A stretch of DNA of 64,000 bases, from positions 2,642 through 66,641 of the forward strand of contig CALWEL010000006.1 in NCBI GenBank assembly GCA_944377305.1, given 5' to 3'. A model generated the notes under the pieces. It saw only the letters and a program-made list of their open reading frames with translations, was not told the origin of the DNA and made no database searches. The DNA comes from an uncultured Clostridia bacterium. GTDB lineage: Bacteria; Bacillota; Clostridia; Christensenellales; UBA1242. The position numbers and the translations under genes were made by a program. Every line of letters begins with the position of its first letter. Position 1 is the first letter of the stretch. Below are positions 37,936-47,639 of the stretch, in pieces.

Positions 37936-39057
37936 CTATTTTATTTTCTCGCCACAGTCAGGGCAGAATTTTGCTTTGGCACCCAACTCTTTTCCACATT
38001 TTGGACAAACTTTTTTCTTGATATCAAGTTTTTCACCACAATTTACACAAAATTTACTTCCTTTTGAGATTGGTTCGCCACATTTTGGACAAGACAATGC
38101 TTGGGTAGCACCACATTCTGGACAGAACTTTGATTTGCCAGGAATACTAGCCCCACACTTAATGCATTGTACAACTTGCTGACGTTTGCTATCCTTCGCT
38201 CCTGCAATCGACTCAGTGAATAAATTGCCCATATTGTAACCTGCGCCCAAACCAACACCTAATCCTGCCAAGCCACCACCACTAGGATTTTTCGCAATAT
38301 CTCCCATAGCATTGGCTGCCTTGTATTGAGTGTATGTACCCATTTTATCAGAAATAACGCCCATCTTGGTGCGTTCATCTAACATTTTTTCAACATCCTC
38401 TGGCAATGATAAATTTTCAATTACAAAATTGGACAACTTCAGTCCGATAGGAGCAAACTCCTCTACACTGTTTTTCTCTACAATATCTGCAAGATCACTA
38501 TAATGAGCAGCAAGGTCTAATGCCGACAATTTGCTCTCGCCAATCGCATCAGTCAGCAATTGAATGAGGGTGGATTTGTATTGTGTAGCAATATCATTCA
38601 CTCTATAAATAGCATTTGTGCCAAACACTTCTTTCATAAATTTTGAAGCATCTTCCACTTTGAACGCAAATGTACCATATCCACGCAAACGAATATTCCC
38701 GAAATCCACATCACGCATCATAATAGGGTTTTGAGTACCCCATTTTAGTCCCATAAATCGTTTTGTATTTACAAAATACACTTCAGCTTTTATCCTAGAG
38801 TTGCCCAAAGTGCTCAAACTTAGCAATTTGGTCAAAAAAGGAATATTTTCAGTCGAGAGTTTGTATGTACCCGGTCCGAACACATCTGCAATCTCGCCTT
38901 TATGAATAAACATTGCAACTTGGCTTTCTCTTACTACCAAAGTAGAACTATTCATAATTTCATCTCTATCTGTCAATGGATAACGATAAACTATGATATC
39001 ATTGCTACTATCCTTCCATTCTATCACTGACAAAAATTGTTTTTTAAAAAATCCCAT
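37936..39057 (-). CDS. SPFH-domain protein with C-terminal zinc ribbons (YdjI/COG4260-like)
   Basis: N-terminal FLSVIEWKD...VVRESQVAMF.. SPFH-like region, a Gly-rich linker, then four CxxC..CxxC ribbons. Confidence 0.75.
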   Translation of the reverse strand: MGFFKKQFLSVIEWKDSSNDIIVYRYPLTDRDEIMNSSTLVVRESQVAMFIHKGEIADVFGPGTYKLSTENIPFLTKLLSLSTLGNSRIKAEVYFVNTKRFMGLKWGTQNPIMMRDVDFGNIRLRGYGTFAFKVEDASKFMKEVFGTNAIYRVNDIATQYKSTLIQLLTDAIGESKLSALDLAAHYSDLADIVEKNSVEEFAPIGLKLSNFVIENLSLPEDVEKMLDERTKMGVISDKMGTYTQYKAANAMGDIAKNPSGGGLAGLGVGLGAGYNMGNLFTESIAGAKDSKRQQVVQCIKCGASIPGKSKFCPECGATQALSCPKCGEPISKGSKFCVNCGEKLDIKKKVCPKCGKELGAKAKFCPDCGEKIK

Positions 39058-39113
39058 ATCTTCTCCTTAACTATATTATTCCATATTATTTGATTTCCGT
39101 CAAGCAAATAATG

Positions 39114-39371
39114 CTATCTACGTCTCCTAGGGCCTCCTCTTAGTCCTCTTAGCATTCCACCCATCATCATACCACCCATCATTGAACCTAGCATACCACC
39201 AAAATTAAAATCATCGTCATTATCATTTTTCGGCGGTGTGATATCTTCCACCACAGGTTCAACATATTCCACATTTGGCGTACCGCAATACGAACACACC
39301 TTTTCATTTTGCCTAATACTTGCTCCACAACTTTGGCACTTGCCTTTGATTTTCTTTTCTTTTTCCTCCAT
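39114..39371 (-). CDS. Small zinc-ribbon protein with a Gly/Met-rich, Arg-terminated tail
   Basis: CQSCG..CSYCG ribbon. The tail reads GGMLGSMMGGMMMGGMLRGLRGGPRRRR. Confidence 0.6.
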   Translation of the reverse strand: MEEKEKKIKGKCQSCGASIRQNEKVCSYCGTPNVEYVEPVVEDITPPKNDNDDDFNFGGMLGSMMGGMMMGGMLRGLRGGPRRRR

Positions 39372-39483
39372 ACTAACCCTTTCTTATATTAATATTATAT
39401 CATATTATAAAATAATTGGCAATTTTTTGTATCTCATTTATATAAATTGTTCTTCCATTGTATTTAATTTTCAAAGCTATATA

Positions 39484-40617
39484 TTATACTTCCTCTTTGT
39501 TTTTTGTTAATGAATTGGATTCTATAATTTTTTGACTTTGATTATTTTTATTTGATGTATCAATATTTCTTGGTTCAATTTTTTCGTTCAATATACCTGG
39601 TGCGAATTCTGTTTCCATTGCAATACTAGAAAAATCCTTGATTTTATCTTTTTTTTCATTCTCTATCAAAAAATTTCCATTAGAAATAGAATTTATTTTA
39701 TCATCCTGTTTTTTAATAGGAAGCGAATTCTCTTTCGTTTTTTGTTCTTCAGGCAAAATATCTTTATCAAAATTATCTTGATTGTTATCTACATTTTCTG
39801 AAATCTTTTGATTATTTTTATCGGTAAGAAGTTCAATATCTTCATTCATAACCTGTGTTTTTTCTGCCGTTTCAGAATTTTTATTTTTTCGCCTAAATAA
39901 ATAATTGATTATATCATCAATTTTATTTTTGTATCTAACACTTAGATAGAATAATACTGCAATAGCTATAATTATTATCCCCCACACGATCAAGCCCCAT
40001 CCTCTGAAAGGAATGATGGCTCCGCTTCCGAAAAATACTGTGCAAGCAATCCCTATACCTCTAGCTAAAATGTTTGTCCAAAAGAAAAATGAAAAACTCA
40101 TATTCGTAAGCCCTGCCACTACACATAGTATATCGTCAGGGAACATTGGGAACAACATCATTAGGAAAAAAAGGTATTTACCTCTGCTCATTCGGTCTAT
40201 CCATTTTTCACTTGTATCTTTGCCTATCATCCAGTTTAGAAATTTTCTACCTGCCTTCCTACCTACCCAGAACATAATTAAACTGCCTATCATCACGGCT
40301 ATATAGCTCATAATAAATGCTGGCCATCTACCGAATATCACCGCTCCTGCGATAGTGACAAAAATCGCAGGAATCTGCAAGATAGTGGTTTGCAAGATTT
40401 GAAAAATGATAAATATCAAAAAACTAAACATTCCGCCACTTTGCACAATGTCTCTAATTTTATCAATTGAATTGACCTTCTCCCACGCTCCTGTGGCTTT
40501 CAAAATAAAGTATGCCACAACAAAAATTAGCACAAGGATAAGCACGAACAAACTAGCTCGCATTATCTTGCCACGAGTGGTTTTGGTATCAAATAATTTT
40601 TTTATCTTATCTTTCAT
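39484..40617 (-). CDS. TVP38/TMEM64 (SNARE-associated, DedA-related) membrane protein with a long hydrophilic C-terminal extension
   Basis: GAVIFGRWPAF...WVGRKAGRKF...FPDDILCVVAGLT motifs, plus a polar tail of about 140 aa. Confidence 0.75.
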   Translation of the reverse strand: MKDKIKKLFDTKTTRGKIMRASLFVLILVLIFVVAYFILKATGAWEKVNSIDKIRDIVQSGGMFSFLIFIIFQILQTTILQIPAIFVTIAGAVIFGRWPAFIMSYIAVMIGSLIMFWVGRKAGRKFLNWMIGKDTSEKWIDRMSRGKYLFFLMMLFPMFPDDILCVVAGLTNMSFSFFFWTNILARGIGIACTVFFGSGAIIPFRGWGLIVWGIIIIAIAVLFYLSVRYKNKIDDIINYLFRRKNKNSETAEKTQVMNEDIELLTDKNNQKISENVDNNQDNFDKDILPEEQKTKENSLPIKKQDDKINSISNGNFLIENEKKDKIKDFSSIAMETEFAPGILNEKIEPRNIDTSNKNNQSQKIIESNSLTKNKEEV

Positions 40618-41010
40618 CTTAATTTATTATATTCTATCCTAATATAAATAATTTGTGTAATTAAACATAATAATATTAGAAATGGTCAAATTTGTAAATC
40701 AATTGAAGTGACTACAATGATTTTAGTTTTAATATTATTGTTATTTTCTATCAATTCAGTATTCCAAATCGGAAAATTCATCAATTGATACAAACGTCAA
40801 TGATTGTAGAGATTTCAAATTTCAGAATAGTTTTCCTTATCTATTAGCTTAACTTAATTTTTATAATATTGGCAAAATCCATAAAAGTTATATAAATATG
40901 TGATATAAAAATTTAATTAACTAAATTATTAATTTTTGTATAATGGAAACGACAAATATATTTTATCCAAATTTTTTTGATGGAATAATTTTTAACCTCT
41001 TGTGACAAAT

Positions 41011-42420
41011 TTATTTCACAGTATCAATTTTTATCAAATTTGTACAACCGTTTTGCTTTGGAGTGCCACACGTTATTATTATAGTGTCTTTCGCTTTTGC
41101 AAATTTTTTCTTTTTGACTATTTCATCCGCAATCTTGAACATTTCATCAGTAGAATTATATTCACTGGTCAGCACCGGTATAACTCCCCAAGACAATTCC
41201 AACTGTCTATATACTTTTTCATTAGGTGTGGCTCCAATTATTGGTACGAGCGGACGAAATCTACTGATCATTTGTGCACTGGTTCCAGATTGTGAGAACA
41301 CTACAATTGCTTTTGTATTTTGAATCAGACTTGCACTCACAGCACTGTGTGATACCACATCTGTTGTATTTGTTATTTTGTAATTACTAGTTAAGAATCT
41401 CTTTGCATAATTGATATGTTTTTCCGTCTCGCGAGCAATCTTTGCCATTGTCTCCACCGCTTGAACAGGAAATTTGCCCATTGCAGTTTCTCCAGACAAC
41501 ATAACCACACTCGTGCCATCGTATACTGCATTAGCCACATCGCTGACCTCTGCACGCGTAGCTCTATTATTGTATATCATACTCTCCAGCATTTCGGTCG
41601 CCGTAATCACGGCCCTTCCCTTTTCTTTGCTTCGCTTGATTATAATCTTTTGCAATTCGGGCAACTTTTCGACTGGGACTTCTACTCCCAAATCTCCACG
41701 TGCCACCATAATACCATCTGACGCATCTATAATCTCATCCAAATTCTTAACCCCACAACTAGATTCTATCTTAGAAATAATTTTCATATCCCCGCCATTT
41801 TTTTCAATAAAAGATCTTAGAGCTATAACATCCTCTTTTCCATTTACAAAACTTGCAGCAATAAGTTCAATGTCATTTTTTATTCCCCATAAAATATCTT
41901 GTTTGTCTTGGTCATTTAAATATGGTGTACTATATTTCACATTAGGGATACTTAAACTCTTCCTGTTTGACAAAATTCCTGAATTCATAGCTTTTGTAAT
42001 TACATCTTGCTCTTTCACTTCTAAAACTTTGAAAGTAAGCAATCCGTTGACTGCCAAAATTTTATTTCCTGCTTTTATACAGCGCACAATCTCTGGCGTA
42101 TTGAAACTGACTTCTTGCTCATTTCCAACAATATCTCTACCTGTGAAAATGAACTTTTGCCCCTTTTTGATATTCACACTATCATTTGCAAAAGTCTTGA
42201 CTCTTACTTCTGGACCGCGAGTATCCAACATAATAGGCAAAGGAAGTTTCAATTCTTGTCTGAGTTTTTTTACATTATTCAAAATCTTTTCCATATCATC
42301 TACTTTTGCGTGTGAAAGATTAATTCTTACAATATTAAGTCCCGCAAGTACCAATCTTTTCATCACCTCATACGAATTGCTAGCTGGTCCTATCGTCCCA
42401 ATTATTTTAGTTTTTCTCAT
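41011..42420 (-). CDS. pyk: Pyruvate kinase
   Basis: MRKTKIIGTIGPAS, MVARGDLGVE and MLSGETA motifs. Confidence 0.93.
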   Translation of the reverse strand: MRKTKIIGTIGPASNSYEVMKRLVLAGLNIVRINLSHAKVDDMEKILNNVKKLRQELKLPLPIMLDTRGPEVRVKTFANDSVNIKKGQKFIFTGRDIVGNEQEVSFNTPEIVRCIKAGNKILAVNGLLTFKVLEVKEQDVITKAMNSGILSNRKSLSIPNVKYSTPYLNDQDKQDILWGIKNDIELIAASFVNGKEDVIALRSFIEKNGGDMKIISKIESSCGVKNLDEIIDASDGIMVARGDLGVEVPVEKLPELQKIIIKRSKEKGRAVITATEMLESMIYNNRATRAEVSDVANAVYDGTSVVMLSGETAMGKFPVQAVETMAKIARETEKHINYAKRFLTSNYKITNTTDVVSHSAVSASLIQNTKAIVVFSQSGTSAQMISRFRPLVPIIGATPNEKVYRQLELSWGVIPVLTSEYNSTDEMFKIADEIVKKKKFAKAKDTIIITCGTPKQNGCTNLIKIDTVK

Positions 42421-42759
42421 AAATAAATATTCTCCTCATATATACAATATTATTATATCATAAATTCAAAAAAAAGAAAATAATAAATAACGTTTCTAAT
42501 AAATGTAAATTTATTGGATTGTATAAGCAAATTGAAAAAATTTTGTAAAATTAATTGAAATTTTTGTTTTTAAATAATTTATATGCATTCTTTAATCTTT
42601 TATCCTAAAGTTTGAAATGTTTATGAAGCAATCTATTCAATTGATCATTCAACCATTATTATTTATGCCGACTTTTCTATTTTATTTAAACAAAAATCGA
42701 ACAAATATAAATAATTATGTATATTCTTCTTCACTAAAATATTAAATCTTTATTTAATC

Positions 42760-42788
42760 TTGACAAATATTCATTGGTTTAGTATTAT
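42760..42788 (+). promoter_or_regulatory. Promoter TTGACA-17-TATTAT
   Basis: TTGACA at 42760-42765, 17-nt spacer, TATTAT at 42783-42788. SD AGAGG and the ATG at 42806 follow. Confidence 0.6.
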
Positions 42789-42805
42789 AAGTTTAGAGGT
42801 AGTTT

Positions 42806-45697
42806 ATGGAAATCAATGTAATCACAAGAATCCAATTTAATAACATTCTACGAATCCACGGTTTTGATAGATATTATGACGAGGACGCAAAGACTGAATT
42901 GTTTAATTATTTTGTACGCCACAATTTTCCCGAACAAATGGTGAAAGAAATTATGAATGGAGCCAAAAAGCGTGCCATTATTTCAAACGATAGATATATA
43001 AAGTTTTCAGACGTAAAAGATATAATTCTCGCTAGTAATAATTCAATTGATTTGGCAATGCTAAAAAAATTAAACGATATTGATCAAAAGTTTAAACAAT
43101 TTTATAGAGAGCATAATTTAGATTGGTCAAAAATTGATGTGTTGATAAAAGACTGCTGGAAGACGGCAATTCAAGTTTCAGATGAAGTGAATCAAGACAT
43201 TACCGAATTCACGAATGAAAGTATAAACACTTTATATTCACTCGCTTGTATTTATTATGCTATAAGTTCACACACCAGTGGTAAATACGCAACTGTAGAT
43301 AATCAATATAACAAATCATTTATCCGTCTTGCAGATATGATAATGATGAAAAAAGTCAACAAACTTACAGCTCAAACCCTCAATAGATTATCAATTTATT
43401 ACCCTAATCAAAACTATAAAACTCAAGCGGAACTATTTGGAGAGTTCTTAGATGAATTAGCAAATAAAGATGCAGATGTCGCGGAAAATGAAGTGTTTAC
43501 TAGCGGTGATATAGCAGTACTATTAAATCATACATCTTCATTAGTAGCATTTGCCTCAAAGCAAAAATTACAAGGTGCTAGATCTGCTCTCAGCTTATAT
43601 CTAGATTCTGTATTAGACTTATCAAAAGATAAACCAACTTTGAAAAATTTCACTACCAAAAATATTTTCTTGCGAGCAGGGTCAATTCTTGCAATTTCAC
43701 CAGAAAAATTGAAAAATACGGTACGTTTGCTCCTAGGTGAAAAAATTTCTAATCTTCCAGACAGATATTCAAAAAATAACTTTAATAATTCATCTTATGC
43801 AAGACTTCACATATTGCAAACCCTATTCCCTAATATGAAAGTCGAAGGGATGAATCCGAATAAACACAATTATATACTCCAAAATAGAAATACAATGTTT
43901 ATCACATTAAATACCAACAACATTTATGATGCGACAACATCTATTATAAACTGCCTATACGATGGATATGGTCTCAATGAAAATATAGATGTCTCTTTGA
44001 TTGAGAAAAAACAAGCGCTAGAAAATCTTGGATTTGATCTTGAAAAACTTTACCACGGGGATAATATCTTTGATATATTCCCTTCAAAATTCGTTGTTCC
44101 ATCTAAGACAATAAACTCAGACAAAATGAATTTTACATCAAATATTTCATTGCTATCTAAAATAGTTTCTGCTAAAAATATTCAAAAAATTATAAATCAC
44201 AATTTCAATTTTTTAACCCAGGATGAAAATATAATAATAAATGAATTGCAAAATATATTCAAGAAATCAAAAAATTATGATGAATTGAAATCTCGAATAA
44301 GCGATTTTATCAATACCGCTATCAAACTAAAGGACTCATCAACTCAATCAAAATCTTCAAAATCAAAAAATGTTCGAAGCAAACTTATAAAAGAAACAAT
44401 TTCAATTGATGAATTAGCTTTGAATATAGAAGAGCTGATAAAATTAGGTTTCAAAATTGAAGACAATATAAAATCTTCTACATTTATTAAAAATGGAAAA
44501 GGAATTCTAAAAAGTGATAAAAAATATATGCCGAAACCTGATGATTCGACTAAGAATAATGAATTGTATCGTTTAATTGATTATGTTGAATCTAATCCAA
44601 AAAAAGATGATGACGAATTGAATTTAGATAATGATGAACCTGAAGATATCCAAATAATTGATGCTGAAAATCCTCAAAAAGAGATATATGAAAAATATTC
44701 CAAATTGGCTCAAGAAATTAGCGACATTATCAATTCTCCTATTAATTTATCATCAAAAACCCCAAATACTGATGACTATTTCTCAATCATCGATGATATA
44801 ACTCAATATGTTAATTCAGAAAATGTAAACGAATACGCTTCTGCCAGACTATTTGGTAAAATAAAAAAATTGAATAAATCAATAGAGGAATTAATAAAAA
44901 CTAGCAAATCTGACGAAGATCTTAAATTGATGATCAAAGGACTTGCCGACAATCTATCACAAGCGAAATCCGGATTGTTTATGATAATAGAAACTATTGA
45001 TTCAAATATGGTTGAATTAAAAGAACTTGTAAAAATGTTCCTTGATACAAAAAAATCAGAAAATATAACAACAATCTCAGAATATGACTCTAGCATTGAA
45101 GAGAGCAATGGTATAATAAAAGGATTAATTGCTAAGAAAAACAAATCAGATAATAGAGATGAAAGACGACTGATAGATTCTATTTTGAATAGAAACAAAT
45201 ACAATTTGAAAGACTTGCGTAAACTCCGTTCACTAGAATTAAAAAATGATCCTGAAAATTTAAGAAAGAAAGAAGATAAACAGCAAATATATTTGGATTC
45301 ATTAACCGAATATCAAAAACTGGCTGTAGCAAAAACTTTGTTGACAGAATATATTAGTGTAATCAATTATGCTGAAGACCAAATCGCCAAATTATCATTC
45401 ACTTCCAGAAATTCGCAAAAGATAAATAAAAGCGAATCTATGGAAGATCAAATATCTGCTTTAGAGCAAGAAATAAGTGAATTGAAATCAAAATTAGAAT
45501 CAAAGATACAACTATTAGCAAAGAAGGAAAAAGAATTCAATAGCACATACAAACATATTGAAATCCTTAGCAATGGGCACGGTCAGAGGCTAAAAGATAG
45601 AATTGAAAAATTGCGTACAGAAATAGAAAGCATTGCCGAGCAAATAAAATTCAAAGAGGACAATTTGGCGAGTTTATCATCTGCTTTGAATAGATAA
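42806..45697 (+). CDS. Hypothetical 963-aa protein (helical-repeat N-terminal half, coiled-coil C-terminal half)
   Basis: Uninterrupted long ORF behind a strong promoter and SD. The C-terminal roughly 350 aa are heptad-like and Lys/Glu-rich. Confidence 0.7.
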   Translation: MEINVITRIQFNNILRIHGFDRYYDEDAKTELFNYFVRHNFPEQMVKEIMNGAKKRAIISNDRYIKFSDVKDIILASNNSIDLAMLKKLNDIDQKFKQFYREHNLDWSKIDVLIKDCWKTAIQVSDEVNQDITEFTNESINTLYSLACIYYAISSHTSGKYATVDNQYNKSFIRLADMIMMKKVNKLTAQTLNRLSIYYPNQNYKTQAELFGEFLDELANKDADVAENEVFTSGDIAVLLNHTSSLVAFASKQKLQGARSALSLYLDSVLDLSKDKPTLKNFTTKNIFLRAGSILAISPEKLKNTVRLLLGEKISNLPDRYSKNNFNNSSYARLHILQTLFPNMKVEGMNPNKHNYILQNRNTMFITLNTNNIYDATTSIINCLYDGYGLNENIDVSLIEKKQALENLGFDLEKLYHGDNIFDIFPSKFVVPSKTINSDKMNFTSNISLLSKIVSAKNIQKIINHNFNFLTQDENIIINELQNIFKKSKNYDELKSRISDFINTAIKLKDSSTQSKSSKSKNVRSKLIKETISIDELALNIEELIKLGFKIEDNIKSSTFIKNGKGILKSDKKYMPKPDDSTKNNELYRLIDYVESNPKKDDDELNLDNDEPEDIQIIDAENPQKEIYEKYSKLAQEISDIINSPINLSSKTPNTDDYFSIIDDITQYVNSENVNEYASARLFGKIKKLNKSIEELIKTSKSDEDLKLMIKGLADNLSQAKSGLFMIIETIDSNMVELKELVKMFLDTKKSENITTISEYDSSIEESNGIIKGLIAKKNKSDNRDERRLIDSILNRNKYNLKDLRKLRSLELKNDPENLRKKEDKQQIYLDSLTEYQKLAVAKTLLTEYISVINYAEDQIAKLSFTSRNSQKINKSESMEDQISALEQEISELKSKLESKIQLLAKKEKEFNSTYKHIEILSNGHGQRLKDRIEKLRTEIESIAEQIKFKEDNLASLSSALNR

Positions 45698-45703
45698 CTG
45701 AAA

Positions 45704-45731
45704 GGACGAACAATATTGTTCGTTCTTTTTG
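45704..45731 (+). terminator. Intrinsic terminator
   Basis: ACGAACAATATTGTTCGT palindromic hairpin followed by TCTTTTT. Confidence 0.8.
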
Positions 45732-46017
45732 ATTTTAATTAAAAAATGTATTCCTATCAATAATTGTTGATCAAATAATTGATTTTCAATATATTCATAT
45801 TCTATTTGAGTAGTGTATTCTTTTTATTACGACTTCAACTCTTGTTTACAATTCTTTTTAAAACCTATACCAAGCCTCTACACTTTGAAACTGCTAAAAA
45901 ATTGAAATCAATATCAATAATAAAATTTCTAAAAAATCAATGATTTAAATCAAATCTTTATTAATTTTTAACATATCTTATACAAAAATAGAAAAATTAT
46001 AAATTCCAAGCAATGTA

Positions 46018-46046
46018 TTGCAAATTTTTTATATTTATAGTATAAT
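46018..46046 (+). promoter_or_regulatory. Promoter TTGCAA-17-TATAAT for ssrA
   Basis: TTGCAA at 46018-46023, 17-nt spacer, TATAAT at 46041-46046, 9 nt before the GGGG 5' end of the tmRNA. Confidence 0.6.
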
Positions 46047-46055
46047 GTATTATAT

Positions 46056-46405
46056 GGGGATGAATTAGTTTCGACTGATATAAACCTAAATTATACGCAC
46101 GTCGTGTGGTGGCACGCAAAATACACGGTTCGTTAAGACGAATTAAAATAAACGCAAACCAAAATAAATTAGCTTACGCTGCTTAAGCGTGGCCGTCAGT
46201 TTAGCGGTACCGATACGTTAAAATCTGACGTCAGATATCGGTGAACTTCATCATGCATTTCCTAGTGTATGATGAGGACAATTAGGATAGCAATCCTTCA
46301 GTGTCAATGTTAATGAATGATTGTGAATATAGTCATTGACTAAACGTGTAGTGTATGGTTTACATTTATGTTAGGACACGAGTGCAACTCTCGTCATCTC
46401 CACCA
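46056..46405 (+). ncRNA. ssrA: tmRNA (transfer-messenger RNA)
   Basis: 5' GGGGAUG pairs with 3' CAUCUCC-ACCA and includes a G3:U pair. GUUUCGAC at the 5' side. T-arm GGACACGAGUGCAACUCUCGUC. Tag ORF GCA AAC CAA AAT AAA TTA GCT TAC GCT GCT TAA (46154-46186) encodes ANQNKLAYAA. Confidence 0.92.
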
Positions 46406-46412
46406 CTCTGAG

Positions 46413-46439
46413 CCACGGTCGAAATGCCGTGGTTTTTTT
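46413..46439 (+). terminator. Intrinsic terminator of ssrA
   Basis: CCACGG-N8-CCGTGG hairpin followed by TTTTTTT. Confidence 0.85.
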
Positions 46440-46565
46440 ATTTATATATGGCGATTTATTTGACTTTTTATAAAAATTATGATACTCTTTTTTCAAATGA
46501 AACAAAGCCGATGAAAGGGGGATCGGTGCTTTATAAATTTTAATATTCTTTTTTATTAAAAAAAT

Positions 46566-46600
46566 ACAGCACCGGTCTTGATAACTGGTGCTGTTTTATT
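46566..46600 (+). terminator. Terminator-like hairpin upstream of the TIGR02391-like gene
   Basis: ACAGCACCGG-N9-CTGGTGCTGT followed by TTTTATTT. An A-run upstream makes it look bidirectional. Confidence 0.5.
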
Positions 46601-46703
46601 TAGCAAATAGATTTGTGTCTTCATTAACCCCAGTTATATGTTAACACATTTCACGCAGTCGATCAAGCGTTTTGCGAAAATTTTTATACAAAGGAGTAAA
46701 TTT

Positions 46704-47402
46704 ATGGACGAGAATATAAAACAATTGACTCAAAGAATAGTCGATTTACGAAAAATATGTGAAGATTATAAATATCAAGATGGTACTTATTCTTCTATTG
46801 TTTTTGAAATTGAACACCTTGTTATTTCCATTGCTGGAAAGCAAAGCGAAGAATATGTTAATTTTACATCAATATATAAATCAAACATGTATGAATTTAA
46901 AAAGTTGGAATTTTTAAAAAGTATTCTTGGTGCATTGAAAAATCAGTTGTTAATAAATGGAATTAAGTCTAATTCTAACTCAAATTGGGAAGAATTATTG
47001 CATCCCGTTATCTTTAAATGTTCTTACAAAAAGTTTGAAGATGGTTATTATTCTGACGCTGTCGAATCTGCAATAAAAGAAGTAAACACAAGACTGAAAA
47101 ATTTATACTTAAAAAATAAAAGTAAAGAATTGGATGGTGCAACTTTATTTGCCGCTGTATACAACGAAGACAAAGATAAAACACTTTTAATTGCAAACCA
47201 CAAGCTTGAAACAACAAGTGAAAAAGACGAGCAAGCAGGATATCGTTTTATGTTAATGGGAATGTGGATGGGTTTAAGAAATCCAAACGCTCATGCAAAT
47301 AATAACATAACAAAAGAACAAGCAATTGAACGTTTGTTGTTTGTTAGCATGTTAATGAAAAAAATTGATGAAAATATAAAAACAGCAAATTTACAAGAAT
47401 AA
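46704..47402 (+). CDS. TIGR02391 (Hypoth_Ymh)-family protein with an N-terminal helical extension
   Basis: SD AAGGAG. The C-terminal half (FEDGYYSDAVESAIKEVN...LDGATLF...GYRFMLMGMWMGLRNPNAHA...AIERLLFVSMLMKKID) matches my recollection of the family, including the RNPxAH motif. Confidence 0.65.
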   Translation: MDENIKQLTQRIVDLRKICEDYKYQDGTYSSIVFEIEHLVISIAGKQSEEYVNFTSIYKSNMYEFKKLEFLKSILGALKNQLLINGIKSNSNSNWEELLHPVIFKCSYKKFEDGYYSDAVESAIKEVNTRLKNLYLKNKSKELDGATLFAAVYNEDKDKTLLIANHKLETTSEKDEQAGYRFMLMGMWMGLRNPNAHANNNITKEQAIERLLFVSMLMKKIDENIKTANLQE

Positions 47403-47426
47403 CTTCGGCTACTTTATGCCGTGAAA

Positions 47427-47552
47427 GGTTCTTGACGTGAGTTAGAATGATTTAGGCTTATCGCCAAGGCAAATAAGAAATCGCTTTGCGATTGTCTGTC
47501 TTGCCCCTTTTCCTAGAAAAATCATTCTATCGAGGCTCAAGTCAAGAACACC
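47427..47552 (+). other. Long imperfect rod-like hairpin (structured RNA or DNA element)
   Basis: GTTCTTGAC/GTCAAGAAC (9 bp), TGAG/CTCA, AGAATGATTT/AAATCATTCT (10 bp), GGCAA/TTGCC and an apical AATCGC-TTT-GCGATT. The apical region contains CCCCUUUUCCU. Confidence 0.4.
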
Positions 47553-47639
47553 ATGGAACAAATTAGCCGTGTTAGACATGGAATTTAATTTCCGAATATC
47601 TTGTGTTTAATATCAAACCGCACTCTTTATAAGTGGAAT

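Noticed and set aside
41474-42463. 329-aa plus-strand ORF, the largest unexplained ORF in the track. Many similar 60-160-aa ORFs occur elsewhere (for example 216-590, 2134-2457, 8560-8985, 15858-16337, 18347-18730 and 23353-23658).
   Set aside because: These ORFs lie antisense to genes with unambiguous family signatures (pyk, Rho-like, tex, tkt and others). They have Ser/Phe/Ile-rich low-complexity translations and lack SD sequences. Such shadow ORFs are typical of AT-rich genomes.
47427-47581. RNase P RNA, because GUUCUUGACG... and ...GGAACAAA..GUUAGAC resemble the 5' and 3' ends of B. subtilis rnpB.
   Set aside because: The element is only about 150 nt. It lacks the universally conserved P4 sequence (GAGGAAAGUCC) and the specificity domain. 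The similarity is limited to short AT-rich strings.
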